A DNA stretch of 64,000 bases. Source: Spirochaetaceae bacterium. GTDB taxonomy: Bacteria; Spirochaetota; Spirochaetia; DSM-2461. Positions within the stretch are counted from its first letter, which is position 1. The number at the start of each line of letters is the position of its first letter. The translations under genes were made by a program, and so were the position numbers. The notes beneath the pieces are model-generated. The model had not been told where the DNA came from. It did not search any database and saw nothing but the letters and a program-made list of their open reading frames with translations. This document shows positions 39,566 through 51,364 of this stretch, in pieces. Location: positions 1 through 64,000 of the forward strand of contig JAOPTT010000013.1 of the NCBI GenBank assembly GCA_051531975.1. The letters run 5' to 3'.

Positions 39566-39961
39566 CTATCGTGTATATCTTAATAACAGTGAAGTTCTTG
39601 TTTCAAAACCTAACTTTTTATAGAAACCAGTAATGCCCTCAGGACAATATAACTCCATATGTCCAACATCTATTAAACTTTCATGGTTCATTAGCGAATT
39701 CATTATCTGTTTCCCAATACCTCTGTTTTGGTAATCTTCATGAACAATGACATCAAAGATGAAAGCTTTATAAATACCATCAGAAATAACCCTGCAGAAT
39801 CCTATAAGCTGGTCATTTTCAACAAATGCTAAAGTTAGGTATGAGTTTTTAAGCATAATATTTATATCGTTAATGGTTCTATTTGGTGTGAACCATGTCT
39901 TAGAATATAATTTTGATAATTGGTTGATAAGATCTTCATTTAATCTCTCTATAATGTTCAT
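39566..39961 (-). CDS. GNAT N-acetyltransferase
   Basis: IGFCRVISDG…DVIV…YQNRGIG, FYKKLGF. Confidence 0.92.
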   Translation of the reverse strand: MNIIERLNEDLINQLSKLYSKTWFTPNRTINDINIMLKNSYLTLAFVENDQLIGFCRVISDGIYKAFIFDVIVHEDYQNRGIGKQIMNSLMNHESLIDVGHMELYCPEGITGFYKKLGFETRTSLLLRYTR

Positions 39962-40051
39962 TTTAACTCCACTAATATGTATGCTCTTACATTCTTGAGA
40001 ATATTTTAGAAATTGGAATGTAATATTTATGTTCCATGATATTAAATAATA

Positions 40052-40396
40052 TCAGTACTTATACAACAAGAATCCAATAACTATTTGAATTATCCCAGAT
40101 GATAATAGGGCGATAATTAAAGGGATTTTTGAACTATAATCATCTTTATTATTAATCACACTTTGCTGATGATCACTAAAGGAAGTAGAGTTTACATGTA
40201 TAACACTGTTTGTATTCATTGATCCATTTTGGAAAAACCAAAATCCAGATATCGTGCAAACAAATCCAGGAATCATCATAAATTGTATTTTGTATGTAAA
40301 CCATCCAGCTAATTCATAATCTATAAACCAATAAATTAATGTTATTAACATTGAAATAATAGTTGCAATAACAAAATATTTTAAAAATCTTTTCAA
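40052..40396 (-). CDS. Hypothetical three-TM membrane protein
   Basis: Three hydrophobic segments; AGGAG RBS with TTG start. Confidence 0.7.
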   Translation of the reverse strand: MKRFLKYFVIATIISMLITLIYWFIDYELAGWFTYKIQFMMIPGFVCTISGFWFFQNGSMNTNSVIHVNSTSFSDHQQSVINNKDDYSSKIPLIIALLSSGIIQIVIGFLLYKY

Positions 40397-40414
40397 TTTT
40401 TTCTCCTGATACTT

Positions 40415-40912
40415 TTAAATTTTATTTTTTTTTGTGTCATCCCAAAATGTTGGAATACTCTCTTCCCCATCATAATAATCAACATTTGTTTCTTGTTTGT
40501 ATATTTGCCCTTCTCCAGCATTAATTTTATTAGAATCTGGATAAAAACAGATATCAGCATCACTTTTTGAAGCTACACCTAAATACCTCACAGGTCTTGA
40601 AGAGTGATTATACAGTTGGTGAGCACCATCTTTAGAATTTTTAATAAAAGCCATATCCCCTTTTAATAAAATACTAGATTCATTGTTTTGTCTCAAAGTT
40701 ACTTCTCCATCTATAATGATATAGATTTCTTCATCATCAGAATGGTAATGATATGGGTAGGAAAGTTGTCCTGGTTCTAAAACTTTAACATCAAACCCCA
40801 ATTTATTAGCACCAAATGTTGAAGAATCAACTACAGATGTTTTTATGTTATAATGGGACACTTTACTATTTTTTGATTTAACTTCTAAACTACTTAGATT
40901 AAGAATATCCAT
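40415..40912 (-). CDS. Cupin domain protein
   Basis: LEPG..S.PYHYH…EE, G…AHQL.N, YPDS.K. Confidence 0.9.
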   Translation of the reverse strand: MDILNLSSLEVKSKNSKVSHYNIKTSVVDSSTFGANKLGFDVKVLEPGQLSYPYHYHSDDEEIYIIIDGEVTLRQNNESSILLKGDMAFIKNSKDGAHQLYNHSSRPVRYLGVASKSDADICFYPDSNKINAGEGQIYKQETNVDYYDGEESIPTFWDDTKKNKI

Positions 40913-40981
40913 ATTAACTCCTTTGATTGAGTTTAAATCAATATCTATATTGGTACAATTATTTTTTAATATTCATAAACG

Positions 40982-41875
40982 TTAGATTTTCTCTTTAAGA
41001 AACGTTCGTCCTAAAGCTCCAAAGATTATCATACCCGCTCCGATTAAAAATGTTATTCCTGGTCTTTCCTGATATAAAATTATTCCCCAAAACATTGCAA
41101 ATATTACTTCCAGATATGCAAGCTGAGACGCTACACTGGCAGGAAGATCTTTTAGTCCTTTAAAGTATAAAGTAAACCCAAAAACACCTACAATTAGCCC
41201 GTTAATAGATGCAATACCTATACCACTAAGGGTCATTGGAACAAGATCTTCTCCAATATTGAAAAATAGCTTTATGATTATAGCAATAAAAAATATAGGG
41301 ACACCTACCAAGTTCTGGAAATAAGTGATCTCATAATGGTTTCTATCTTTTCCCTGGGATTTAAATATTACAAATGTTATTGAATATACAAAAGCACTAC
41401 AAATCATAATGGACATCCCTAATAGGTCGGACATTATTAGATTCTCACTTTTAAGGTTATCAAGATAAATAACTATAATTCCAGAAAATGAAACTAACAT
41501 TAGAAAGATTTTTACTAATGAAATTTTTTCCCTTCTTAAAATAATATTAATTATCAAGGCAAAGATAGGCCAGATATATACCATTATAATTGCTTTACTT
41601 ATATCAGTTAAAAGTAATCCCTGAAAGAATAAAAGAATACGTAGTGCATTTAAAAAAGAAGCAATATAAAGACTTTTATTTCCTTTATATGACAAGACTT
41701 TTTTATTTTTTTTTACTTTATTCAAAGTCATTAGAAAAATAATTGGTATTAATGATCTGAAGAATGCCAGAACAAAGAGATCCTGACCAGATAATTTTGT
41801 CCATATACCTGAAGTTGAAAAAAAGGCTGTAGCAAGAACGATTCCCATAATTGGTATTATTTTATTGTTTTGCAT
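40982..41875 (-). CDS. DMT/EamA family transporter
   Basis: About 10 TM helices, FFR, P.F…L.EK, LEVI.A…E. Confidence 0.9.
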   Translation of the reverse strand: MQNNKIIPIMGIVLATAFFSTSGIWTKLSGQDLFVLAFFRSLIPIIFLMTLNKVKKNKKVLSYKGNKSLYIASFLNALRILLFFQGLLLTDISKAIIMVYIWPIFALIINIILRREKISLVKIFLMLVSFSGIIVIYLDNLKSENLIMSDLLGMSIMICSAFVYSITFVIFKSQGKDRNHYEITYFQNLVGVPIFFIAIIIKLFFNIGEDLVPMTLSGIGIASINGLIVGVFGFTLYFKGLKDLPASVASQLAYLEVIFAMFWGIILYQERPGITFLIGAGMIIFGALGRTFLKEKI

Positions 41876-41896
41876 TAGTTATATTTATTTTAATCT

Positions 41897-41915
41897 GTTC
41901 TATTGTCAATAGAAC
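41897..41915. promoter_or_regulatory. Perfect 9-1-9 palindrome GTTCTATTG-T-CAATAGAAC overlapping a minus-strand TTGACA
   Basis: Read directly from the sequence, 21 nt upstream of the EamA start. Confidence 0.55.
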
Positions 41916-42067
41916 TGTTTAATAATGGAACTTGATGGGTATTATAAACTGAATAGGTTTAACAGAATTATATTTGAATGTAGTAGGGATCTCAAAATAA
42001 TATAATTGACAACAAAAATGGTATAACATAAAATTAATGTATAGAAAGAAGTTTTAAGGAATAAAAA

Positions 42068-43384
42068 ATGAAAATGAAGAATCTCCTAATATATCTATTA
42101 ATTACAGTAACAACATTGCCATCCATGGCAATAGAAATTGACTGGCGAAAGGTCAGCACATTACAGGGTCAAAAGTTCTTGGATTATGTCGCAGAGTTAG
42201 ACCTACATGGTGAAGAGGCATTAGACTTTTGGAAAAAGATTCCAATAAGTAGAGCAAATAGACAGGTTTCTAGTATTTATAGAAAAGAAGCTTTTGATAT
42301 TTACATTTCAAAATACCCTACTCAAAAAGGTATTACAGAGAGTTTCGAAACTGGTATGGGTACAAACATTACCGGTCCTATGAGTAAACAATCACTAAAA
42401 CTACCATTTACAGATTTATATCCAATGAATAAAGGGACAATTGGTGATCCTAATAAAACTTATAAGATAGGTTATACAATTCATGGATTTGCACATCCCT
42501 GGTTACTGAACAATGCTGATTCAGCTATTTGGGAAGCAAATAGACATTCAAATGTTGAACTAACTATTTTAGATCCTGAATTTGATAATGATAAACAGGT
42601 AAAACAGATAGACCAATGGATAAAAGATAAATATGACGGGATTCTTATCTGGCCAATGCAAGAGGCTCCTACAGGACCTCCAGTTAACCGAGCAGTTGCC
42701 GCAGGAATTCCTATTGTCTCTGTTGATAGATTAGTTGGAAGCCGAAGTATCAGTGCTCAAGTGACAGGTAATTTCCCAGCAAATGGAACACAACAAGGTA
42801 TGTATTTAATACATAAACTTCTCCAGGAAACTGGTAAAGTTGAAGCCAATGTTCTACTAATTAGAAAACCTCTTGGTAGCACTGCGGACTCATTAAGAAC
42901 CGGTCATTTTCTTAAAGTTATTAGTTATTTCCCAGGTATAAATATTGTAGAAAGTTACCACAACAGCAGTAGTAGAGATGATTCCTATAAACAGGTTACA
43001 GCCGCACTTGAAAAAAACAGGGATATAGATGTCATTTTCTGTACTGGAGCTGAACAGAGTATGGGAGCTGTAAAGGCAATTGATAATAAAAATATGTGGA
43101 AAAGTAGAAAAAATGGTGAAAATATAATCATATTAAATAATGATGATCTATTTGAAGCCTTAAAGGAAGTTAAAGCTGGTAAAATAGCAATGACCTCCCC
43201 ATATACACCACTACTTGGAGCATTAGGAATAAGAGTTCTATTAAAAATAATAGATGGTGAATCTATTCCAAAAAATATTGTAACAAAAGATATTCCAATG
43301 ATAACAAAAGAGAAGGAGAACATCTTTGGTATAGAGACAATTAGTGTTGATGAATGGATTCCATACTCATATGGTCGAAACTAA
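42068..43384 (+). CDS. Sugar-binding periplasmic protein (type 1) with N-terminal extension
   Basis: Signal peptide; HPW, D…Q…I, A..AGIPIVSVDR, R..GF-like segment, A..A. Confidence 0.85.
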   Translation: MKMKNLLIYLLITVTTLPSMAIEIDWRKVSTLQGQKFLDYVAELDLHGEEALDFWKKIPISRANRQVSSIYRKEAFDIYISKYPTQKGITESFETGMGTNITGPMSKQSLKLPFTDLYPMNKGTIGDPNKTYKIGYTIHGFAHPWLLNNADSAIWEANRHSNVELTILDPEFDNDKQVKQIDQWIKDKYDGILIWPMQEAPTGPPVNRAVAAGIPIVSVDRLVGSRSISAQVTGNFPANGTQQGMYLIHKLLQETGKVEANVLLIRKPLGSTADSLRTGHFLKVISYFPGINIVESYHNSSSRDDSYKQVTAALEKNRDIDVIFCTGAEQSMGAVKAIDNKNMWKSRKNGENIIILNNDDLFEALKEVKAGKIAMTSPYTPLLGALGIRVLLKIIDGESIPKNIVTKDIPMITKEKENIFGIETISVDEWIPYSYGRN

Positions 43385-43387
43385 AAA

Positions 43388-46300
43388 GTGAAAATACCTG
43401 CATTTTTTAAAATTAGAACTAAACTAATTTTTATACTTAACATCTCAGGACTAATTCCTTTTATAGTAGTGGGTATTATTGCCTTAAACATATCTAAAAC
43501 AGCAATGTCTGACCAAGAGTTTTCTAGACTAGAAGGAGTCCGTGATTCTAAAAAAGCTCAAATTGAACGATATTACGAAAACAGTTTTTCAGACATAACA
43601 GTTCTTGCCAATGGTTCACATATATTAACAGCCCTGGATGCATTTTCTTCCACCCTCTTAGATAACAAAATTGATACCAGTTCATACGACTATTATGAAA
43701 GTTTAGAATATGGTGACTCTTTTAGGAAATTTACTGAAGAGTATGGTTATTACGATATTATGTTAATAACATTAGATGGTGATATCGTATATACCCTAAG
43801 AAAAGAGAGTGACCTATCTCAAAATGTTCTTACTGGCCCCTTAAAAGAATCATTGTTAGGGAAGCAGTTTAAAGAGAGCTTTAAAGAAGTTACTATTACT
43901 GACTTTGAGCTCTATGATATATCTGGAAATCAACCTATATCTTTTTTAATGGCACCTATTAAATATTTTGATAATACAGAAGGTGTAATCGTTCTTAAAC
44001 TTACAACTGATGTAATAAATGAAATTATGATGGAACGTTCCGGTATGGCTTTTACAAATGAGGTTTACTTGGTCGGCTCGGATCTTCTTATGCGTTCAGA
44101 TTCATATTTGGATCCTAGATATCATACTGTACAGGCATCAATGGAATTTCCTGAAACAGGCTATGTAAAGACAAATCCTGTCAAACAGGCATTACTGGGT
44201 TATACCGGAAAAGTAAATAGTCTTGATTTTGGGGGGATAAAAGTTTTAACAGCATATGTACCTGTAAAAATACATAATCTAACTTATGCTCTAATTGCTC
44301 AAATAGATGAATCCGAAGCTTTTGATGTTATTATTAATTTAAGAAATATCTTGATTGTATTTGGTGGTATAACTGCCGGTTTGATTATTTTTTTATCAAT
44401 TTATATATCCAATAAATTTACAAAACCGATAACTATGCTGACAAAAGTCTCCACTGAAATATCCACAGGAGAGTTAGATCAGGAGATAAATGTTGATAGC
44501 CAAGATGAATTAGGAACATTAGCTCATAGTTTTGGTGTAATGAGGGACTCGATAAAAAGTAAAATAGCAGATCTTGATTCTGAAATTGAACATAGGAGAG
44601 GTGCTGAAAACGAACTTAGAGTTCACAGAGATAATTTAGAAAATATTGTTACAGAAAGAACCGCTGAACTTAATACTGCAAAAAAAACTGCAGAAGAGGC
44701 TGATAAGGCAAAAAGTGATTTCCTAGCAAATATGAGCCATGAAATTAGAACTCCTATGAACGCTATTATCGGATTGGATCACCTACTATTAAAAACGAGT
44801 TTAACTGAAAAACAGCAGGATTATGTAGATAAGATTGGTAGTTCTTCAAAAAACCTATTAGGTATCTTAAATGACATATTAGATTTCTCAAAAATTGAAG
44901 CTGGTAAACTTGAGATCGAAGATACAAACTTTATTTTAAATGATGTATTGGAAAACCTTTCGGGAATGATTGGAAATAAAGCCATGAATAAAGGTCTTGA
45001 ACTGATATTTAGACAGGATATGGATGTGCCTCAAACTTTAATTGGGGATCCATTAAGACTTGGGCAAATTCTATTAAATCTTACTAATAACTCTATTAAA
45101 TTTACTGATAAAGGTGAGATTGTAGTATCCTTTAAGTTACAAAGTAAGGAAAAGGATAAAATAGTATTACGTTTTGAAGTTACAGATACAGGTATAGGTT
45201 TAAAAAGTGAACAGGTAGATAAGCTCTTTAGTTCTTTTTCACAAGCAGACAGTTCAATAACCCGTAAATATGGTGGTACTGGACTTGGACTTTCAATTAG
45301 TAAAAAACTCTCTGAAATGATGGGTGGACATATTGGTGTTGAGAGTGAATATGGGAAAGGCTCTACGTTCTATTTTACACTGAAATTAGGCATCTTTGAT
45401 GAACACAAGACTATAAAGAAAGTTCCTCCTAAAGATATGGTAGGGCTTAAAGTTCTTGTTGTAGATGATAATGAGACATCAAGAGATGTTATATGTTCAT
45501 ATCTTGATGATTATTCATTCCAAGCAACATCAGTTTCATCAGGAGAGTTAGCTCTTCGTGAAATTATACAGGCAAAAGCTTCTACTGATAAAAATTATGA
45601 TTTAGTACTTATGGATTATCAGATGGAGGGTTTAAATGGGATTGAAACTTCAAAAAAAGTCCGCTTAGAGCTGGAAAATATAGATAGTCCTAAAATAATA
45701 ATGATTACAGGTATAGATCGGGAAGAGATAATGAATCAAGCTGAAGAGATAGGTCTTCAGGGCTTCCTACTTAAACCAATTAGTCCATCAGTACTTTATG
45801 ATTCTATTATGCAAGTTTTTGGGATAGGTGGTAATTATAAAAGAAGAAAAAATAAATATATTGAAAGCAAACCAGAAGGTTTTGATAATATACGAGGAGC
45901 AAAACTACTTTTAGTTGAAGATAATGAGATAAACCAGCAGGTTGCCCAGGAGATACTTGAGGCTGAAGGGTTTTATGTAGATATTGCCGGAAACGGTAAA
46001 ATAGGTGTTGATAAACTGGGAAATAACAGATCCTATGATCTTATTTTAATGGATCTACAAATGCCTATAATGGATGGTTATGATGCAACCATAGAAATAA
46101 GAAAAACTATTAGTTTTGATCAGTTACCTATCGTTGCCATGACAGCAGATGCAATGACTGGAGTAAGGGATAATGTAATTAATTCAGGAATGAATGATTA
46201 TGTAACAAAACCGATTAATCCACCGGATCTCTGGGCTGCTCTAGTAAAATGGATAAAACCTTATAAAAGAGAACTTCCTGATAACTTTAATAATAAAAAT

Positions 46301-46915
46301 GAAGAAAGTACTACCAAGACAGTAGTCCCAGATATTGCAGGTATTGATACTGCCACAGGTTTAAGCCGTGTTGGTGGAAATAAAAAACTGTATATTAACC
46401 TGCTTTGTCAGATTAGGGACAATTATGGGGATACTGTTAAAGATATCGAAACTGCACTTAAGGATGGGGAGGACGACGTTGCAATAAGAACTGCTCACAC
46501 AATAAAAGGTGTAGCTGGAAATATTGGAGCAGAAAAACTTCAGGATTATGCTAAAAGAGTTGAAAGTGATATTAGTGGAAATCTTGACCATAAAGAAGCT
46601 TTAAAGAACTTGGATGCTGAACTTTCTATGTTAATATCAAATTTGAAAGAAGCACCACTTGAAAACAATCAGAAAAATAAAGATAAAAAGAATATTGAAC
46701 CGGAACTATTAACAAACAATCTGAAAAACTTAAAAGCCGCATTGGAAAAAAGAAAGGCAAAAATTGCTAAAGATATATTAGAAGAACTGGATACTTATAT
46801 TCTACCTCAGGATTTAATACCATATCATAAAGATATAAGTGTTAGCACAAAAAAATATGATCTAAAAGGGGCTCTACTAAGTTTAGATAAGTTTATGTTT
46901 GAAGCAACTAAATAA
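43388..46915 (+). CDS. Hybrid sensor histidine kinase (Cache-HAMP-HisKA-HATPase-REC-REC-HPt)
   Basis: [21 protein letters not shown], two receiver domains (VVDDN…LMD; LVEDN…LMD), HPt AHTIKG. Confidence 0.95.
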   Translation: MKIPAFFKIRTKLIFILNISGLIPFIVVGIIALNISKTAMSDQEFSRLEGVRDSKKAQIERYYENSFSDITVLANGSHILTALDAFSSTLLDNKIDTSSYDYYESLEYGDSFRKFTEEYGYYDIMLITLDGDIVYTLRKESDLSQNVLTGPLKESLLGKQFKESFKEVTITDFELYDISGNQPISFLMAPIKYFDNTEGVIVLKLTTDVINEIMMERSGMAFTNEVYLVGSDLLMRSDSYLDPRYHTVQASMEFPETGYVKTNPVKQALLGYTGKVNSLDFGGIKVLTAYVPVKIHNLTYALIAQIDESEAFDVIINLRNILIVFGGITAGLIIFLSIYISNKFTKPITMLTKVSTEISTGELDQEINVDSQDELGTLAHSFGVMRDSIKSKIADLDSEIEHRRGAENELRVHRDNLENIVTERTAELNTAKKTAEEADKAKSDFLANMSHEIRTPMNAIIGLDHLLLKTSLTEKQQDYVDKIGSSSKNLLGILNDILDFSKIEAGKLEIEDTNFILNDVLENLSGMIGNKAMNKGLELIFRQDMDVPQTLIGDPLRLGQILLNLTNNSIKFTDKGEIVVSFKLQSKEKDKIVLRFEVTDTGIGLKSEQVDKLFSSFSQADSSITRKYGGTGLGLSISKKLSEMMGGHIGVESEYGKGSTFYFTLKLGIFDEHKTIKKVPPKDMVGLKVLVVDDNETSRDVICSYLDDYSFQATSVSSGELALREIIQAKASTDKNYDLVLMDYQMEGLNGIETSKKVRLELENIDSPKIIMITGIDREEIMNQAEEIGLQGFLLKPISPSVLYDSIMQVFGIGGNYKRRKNKYIESKPEGFDNIRGAKLLLVEDNEINQQVAQEILEAEGFYVDIAGNGKIGVDKLGNNRSYDLILMDLQMPIMDGYDATIEIRKTISFDQLPIVAMTADAMTGVRDNVINSGMNDYVTKPINPPDLWAALVKWIKPYKRELPDNFNNKNEESTTKTVVPDIAGIDTATGLSRVGGNKKLYINLLCQIRDNYGDTVKDIETALKDGEDDVAIRTAHTIKGVAGNIGAEKLQDYAKRVESDISGNLDHKEALKNLDAELSMLISNLKEAPLENNQKNKDKKNIEPELLTNNLKNLKAALEKRKAKIAKDILEELDTYILPQDLIPYHKDISVSTKKYDLKGALLSLDKFMFEATK

Positions 46916-47027
46916 AGAGTCTTATTTGCGCAGCCTGATTAATTTTCCATAAAATTCATAATTATTTCATAGTAAAGAAACAATTATTTTAATTATTATG
47001 TTTAAAAGAGTGTCATTGGAGTAGGAA

Positions 47028-47873
47028 GTGTATAAAATAGGTGATTTTTCAAGAATGGGCCAGGTTTCTGTTCGGATGTTACGACATTACGATCAGATAG
47101 GATTATTAAAACCTGAAGGTGTAGATGCCTTTTCAGGTTATAGAAATTATTCTATAAAACAACTTCCTACATTAAATAGAATACTATTTTTAAAAGACCT
47201 TGGATTCTCCCTTCAACAAATAAGCGAACTATTACTTAAAAACCTACCCTTAGATGAACTTAAATCGATACATAGAGAGAGGCAGGAAAAACTTGAAAAA
47301 GAGATGTTTCAAGCAAAATCTCAATTGGCTATGGTTAAACTAAGACTTGAACAGATTGAAAACGAGGGGAAAGAGCCTCTTTATGAGGTAATGGAAAAGA
47401 GTGCAGGATCATTTATATTTGCATCTATTAGAAGAATAATTCCAGAAATAAAAGATATGGCATTCTACTGTAAAACTATACATGAAGAATTATATCAAAA
47501 ACTTAATGAATGTGGAGTTACACCTGGAGCCCCTGAAACAACCCTATATCACAATAAGGAATATAAGGAAGAGAATATAGATGTAGAAATAGGAGTAAAA
47601 CTTAATAAAGATTATAGAGATCTTACTAAACTACCAAAGGATCTTATTATAAGAAAAGTTGAAAGTGAAACAAGAGTTGCTTCTCTTCTGTATAAGGGAC
47701 CCTATGAAAATACAATTTCTGGAGTTTTGGAACTATTAAACTGGATAGGGCTAAATAACTGGCATATAACAGGTGCAGTTAGAGAAATACAACTTTCAGG
47801 GCCAACTCATGATGAAAATGGAATTGTACAAAGCGATCCTGTATCTGAATTGCAAATTCCAATTAAAAATTAA
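47028..47873 (+). CDS. MerR family regulator with GyrI-like effector domain (BmrR-like)
   Basis: IGDFS…VSVRMLRHYD.IGLLKP…SGYR.Y; C-terminal Y.GPY…W…RE…E.QIPI. Confidence 0.93.
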   Translation: MYKIGDFSRMGQVSVRMLRHYDQIGLLKPEGVDAFSGYRNYSIKQLPTLNRILFLKDLGFSLQQISELLLKNLPLDELKSIHRERQEKLEKEMFQAKSQLAMVKLRLEQIENEGKEPLYEVMEKSAGSFIFASIRRIIPEIKDMAFYCKTIHEELYQKLNECGVTPGAPETTLYHNKEYKEENIDVEIGVKLNKDYRDLTKLPKDLIIRKVESETRVASLLYKGPYENTISGVLELLNWIGLNNWHITGAVREIQLSGPTHDENGIVQSDPVSELQIPIKN

Positions 47874-47950
47874 ATGAACTCTATTAAATGACTTTTTATA
47901 AAGACATTATCCTTAAATAGTTTTGTTATAAAAAATAGAAGGTATTAAAT

Positions 47951-49498
47951 ATGGAACAGTATAAACATGGTGTAATTAAAGTGATTATAACATACATTTT
48001 TGTATATTTTATGTGGATAATAGGCGGTAGTTTATTTGACCTTTATTTTGTCTTAAAACTTGTAGAAGTTGATCCTGTATTAACAATGATCGGCTTAGAC
48101 AGTCCTATCTATATATCGGTTCGTCAGCTTGGTTTTTTACTTCCCAGTTTAATTGTAAACATTTTTTATATTTTTTTTTATATTATTCCTATATTGAAGT
48201 TATTAATCAAAAAACAGAATAAAACTCCTAGAAAAATAGTTGCGAAAGTATTGAAGTTACCTCAGATAGCAGGATTAATTGCATTTATGACATGGATGAT
48301 AATATTCTGTTTTATAACAACCGTTGATCTTATTTTTCTTAACTTTCCAATAAAAGGTCAAAAAACTATATATATAATAACAACATTTGCAGCCATGTTA
48401 TCTTCAAGTATATTTACTTTTATGGGTATTTTTTTGAGCCTAGAATATATAAACAAAAAAATAATTATTCCAATGTTTTTTCCAAACGGAATGATTTCTA
48501 TTGAGAATTATGTGAAACCTATGACATTTACTACAAAATTAGTTCTACTTTGGTTGGCAGTTGGGTTTTATCCTTTAGTTGTCTTAGGTTTAGGTTTTTA
48601 TCCAAGAGGAAATCCTTCAGGTTTAGAAAAATATGCATGGTCGTTTATTGCTATAATTATACCTGTTGGAGCCTTCTTATTAATATCTATGGGAAAAAGT
48701 TTTCAGAGACCGATTAAAGGATTATTAAAAGCTACAGAGATGATTGCTTCAGAAGATTTTAATTTGGATATAAAATCAGAACAAAATGATGAACTTGGAT
48801 ATCTAACTGACCGGGTAATAGAAATGGCACATAGTCTAAAGGAAAAACAGCATATAAAGGAAACTTTTGGACGAATGGTAGACCCAAGAGTTAGGGATAT
48901 GCTTCTTAGTGGTGAAATAAAATTAGGTGGAGAGAGAAAATATGCCGCAGTATTATTTTGTGATATTAGGGGGTTTACCCAATATTCAGAATACCGTGAT
49001 GAAGCTGATGTTGTAAATTCACTAAATGAACATTTAGCCCAGATGGAGAGGTGTATTGTTGAACAAAACGGAATGATAAATAAATTTCTTGGAGATGGTT
49101 TATTAGCACTTTTTGGTCTACCTATAGAAACAGAAAACCCATCTATGGATGCCTTAAAAGCTGCAATGGAAATGATAAAGATAAATAAGATTCTAAATAT
49201 TTCAAGAATAAAAAATGGTAAAGAAAAATGGCATCTTGGTATTGGAATTCATTATGGACCTGTTTTAGCTGGAAATATTGGTTCACCTACAAGAATGGAA
49301 TATACAGCAATAGGTAATACTGTTAATACCGCATCTAGGATACAAGAATTCTCCAAAAAGTATCCAGGTGAAATATATTTTACATCTGCTTTGAAAAAAG
49401 AACTAATAGGAATGGATTCATATATAAAGTTTCTAGGTCATTCTAAGATTAGAGGTAAAGATGAAAAAGAGGGTATATGGATTATAAAAAATACTTAG
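47951..49498 (+). CDS. Membrane-bound class III adenylate cyclase with HAMP domain
   Basis: About 6 TM helices, DELG HAMP, FCDIRGFT, KFLGDG, EYTAIGNTVNTASR. Confidence 0.92.
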   Translation: MEQYKHGVIKVIITYIFVYFMWIIGGSLFDLYFVLKLVEVDPVLTMIGLDSPIYISVRQLGFLLPSLIVNIFYIFFYIIPILKLLIKKQNKTPRKIVAKVLKLPQIAGLIAFMTWMIIFCFITTVDLIFLNFPIKGQKTIYIITTFAAMLSSSIFTFMGIFLSLEYINKKIIIPMFFPNGMISIENYVKPMTFTTKLVLLWLAVGFYPLVVLGLGFYPRGNPSGLEKYAWSFIAIIIPVGAFLLISMGKSFQRPIKGLLKATEMIASEDFNLDIKSEQNDELGYLTDRVIEMAHSLKEKQHIKETFGRMVDPRVRDMLLSGEIKLGGERKYAAVLFCDIRGFTQYSEYRDEADVVNSLNEHLAQMERCIVEQNGMINKFLGDGLLALFGLPIETENPSMDALKAAMEMIKINKILNISRIKNGKEKWHLGIGIHYGPVLAGNIGSPTRMEYTAIGNTVNTASRIQEFSKKYPGEIYFTSALKKELIGMDSYIKFLGHSKIRGKDEKEGIWIIKNT

Positions 49499-49581
49499 AT
49501 ACAAATTGTCTTAATCTATAAACCGATTCTATCTCTTAACTTAAAATTCCCCGTAAAAATAAAAAAAACTATAAATATCTC

Positions 49582-49612
49582 TTTACCCTCACACAGTGTC
49601 AGACCTTACCCT
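49582..49612 (+). promoter_or_regulatory. MerR-type promoter: TTTACC-19 bp-TACCCT with dyad CTcACAC-A-GTGTcAG in the spacer
   Basis: A 19-bp spacer containing an imperfect palindrome (49588-49602) is the canonical MerR promoter geometry. Confidence 0.7.
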
Positions 49613-49645
49613 TTAATTAAAGATCAATAATTAAGGAGTAAGGTT

Positions 49646-50584
49646 ATGTCAAAAAATATAATAATAGGAACCGGACCATTAGGATTGGCAGTAATGGATG
49701 AGCTTATAAAACAAGGACAAAATGTAACACTTGTAAATAGGAGTGGTAAGGTTAATGAAAAGTTACCAAAGTCTGTTAATTTAATTAAAGCAGACGTTAC
49801 AAATTCTTCCGATGTTAGACAGATTTGTAAGGATGTCACTGTTGTCTATATTTGTGCACAGCCGCTGTATACTAACTGGGTAGAAGGATTTCCGCCAATA
49901 ATATCTGGAATCATAAATGGACTAACCGGTAGTGACATCAGAGTTGTTTTTGCAGACAACCTCTATATGTATGGTTCCACAAATGGAGAGCCAATAAAAG
50001 AAGATTTACCACACCTTGCTATAAGTAAAAAAGGTAAACTTCGAAGTCAAATAGCAAATAAACTTTTAGAGTCAGATCTTGATGTTAAATTATTAAGAGG
50101 GTCAGACTTTTTTGGACCAAGAGTCAGAAATTCAGGTTTTGGAGATGTTGTATTTAAAGCTGTAACAGAGAAAAAACCTGTAAACCTCTTTGGTAAACCA
50201 AATCTTTTACATTCTATAACATATATTAGAGACTTTGCTAAAGGATTAGTTCTATTAGGAGAAAGTTTTAAAGTAAAAGAGTCTGTATTCCATCTTCCTA
50301 ATATACAAAATACAACTCCGAATCAATTTGTAGACCTAATAGGTGCAGAGTTAAATAGAAAACTTAAAGTTATGGCCGCAGGAAAATTAATGGTTTCTAT
50401 ACTTGGACTATTTATCCCTATGGTCAAAGAGGTTAAAGAGATTATGTACCAATGGAATGAACCTTTTATTGTAGACCATTCACTTTTTATAAAAAACTTC
50501 AATTTTAGTCCCACACCATATAAAAATTCAATTAAAGAGACATTAGATTGGTTTAAAAACGAATCAGAAAAAGGAAAATTATAA
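49646..50584 (+). CDS. NAD-dependent epimerase/dehydratase family protein
   Basis: IGTGPLG, NRSG, DNLYMYG, KG..R, DFFGP. Confidence 0.9.
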   Translation: MSKNIIIGTGPLGLAVMDELIKQGQNVTLVNRSGKVNEKLPKSVNLIKADVTNSSDVRQICKDVTVVYICAQPLYTNWVEGFPPIISGIINGLTGSDIRVVFADNLYMYGSTNGEPIKEDLPHLAISKKGKLRSQIANKLLESDLDVKLLRGSDFFGPRVRNSGFGDVVFKAVTEKKPVNLFGKPNLLHSITYIRDFAKGLVLLGESFKVKESVFHLPNIQNTTPNQFVDLIGAELNRKLKVMAAGKLMVSILGLFIPMVKEVKEIMYQWNEPFIVDHSLFIKNFNFSPTPYKNSIKETLDWFKNESEKGKL

Positions 50585-51354
50585 TGAATAAAGAAATTAA
50601 AACTTTAAAAGTAACAGCAGTAGTATTTATCTCATATTTTGTGATAGGTATGACATGCTATTTTGTATTGGCATCAGTTTTTCAGTTCCCTGATATTTTA
50701 AGAGAAGATGGAGAATTAAGATTTAACCTATTCAGACTAAACCAGAAAATAATTGTTCCTACCTATTATTTTTGGGCTTTCACCGGACTGCTACAGATAA
50801 CAATGGCATCTCTTATTTATGTTATTAACAAAAAAAGTAATGTAATAGATATACTGGCTCTTGTTTTTGGAATCTTATCAGGTACTTTTCAGGTTGTAGG
50901 ATTCATTAGATGGATAGTTCTTATCCCAATATTAGCAGATGCTTATCATAGTGGAGTTTCCAGTGAACTCATATTTTTTATTGAAAAATTAGCAAATGCT
51001 TATCTTGGTAAAACTTTAGGAGAGCATATGGGGAATCTTCTTCTAGCAATCTGGACAATTTTAGTAAGTATAAGGTTCTTATCGTCAAAATTTAATCACC
51101 GATCACTTGGTACTATGGGAATTATAACGGGTTCAATCTTTCTTCTGTTTTCATTTGAATCCTTAGGCTCTATATTTTCTGTTTTATCAATTTTAACAGT
51201 GCCTGTCTGGGGTCTTTTTTACATATGGCTTATTTTTATGGCAATATCATTTTTTAAAAGCAAACTGGGTCAACAGACCGGGAAATTACACTGGGGTTTC
51301 TGGATATGTGGTTTATTATTCTGGCTAAGTAATATTATACCATCATATCTATAA
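50584..51354 (+). CDS. DUF4386-like membrane protein
   Basis: F.FPDILR, G.IRW….P.LA, G..LGEH.G; multiple TM helices. Confidence 0.75.
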   Translation: MNKEIKTLKVTAVVFISYFVIGMTCYFVLASVFQFPDILREDGELRFNLFRLNQKIIVPTYYFWAFTGLLQITMASLIYVINKKSNVIDILALVFGILSGTFQVVGFIRWIVLIPILADAYHSGVSSELIFFIEKLANAYLGKTLGEHMGNLLLAIWTILVSIRFLSSKFNHRSLGTMGIITGSIFLLFSFESLGSIFSVLSILTVPVWGLFYIWLIFMAISFFKSKLGQQTGKLHWGFWICGLLFWLSNIIPSYL

Positions 51355-51364
51355 GGGGAGAAAA

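Noticed and set aside
40922..40940. TTGATT-N7-AATCAA as an FNR box
   Set aside because: Spacing does not match TTGAT-N4-ATCAA, and it is a short AT-rich dyad.
3355..41875. Integron cassette array
   Set aside because: Gene content is cassette-like, but the junctions I read show no attC-type inverted cores or shared repeat, and there is no integrase in the window.
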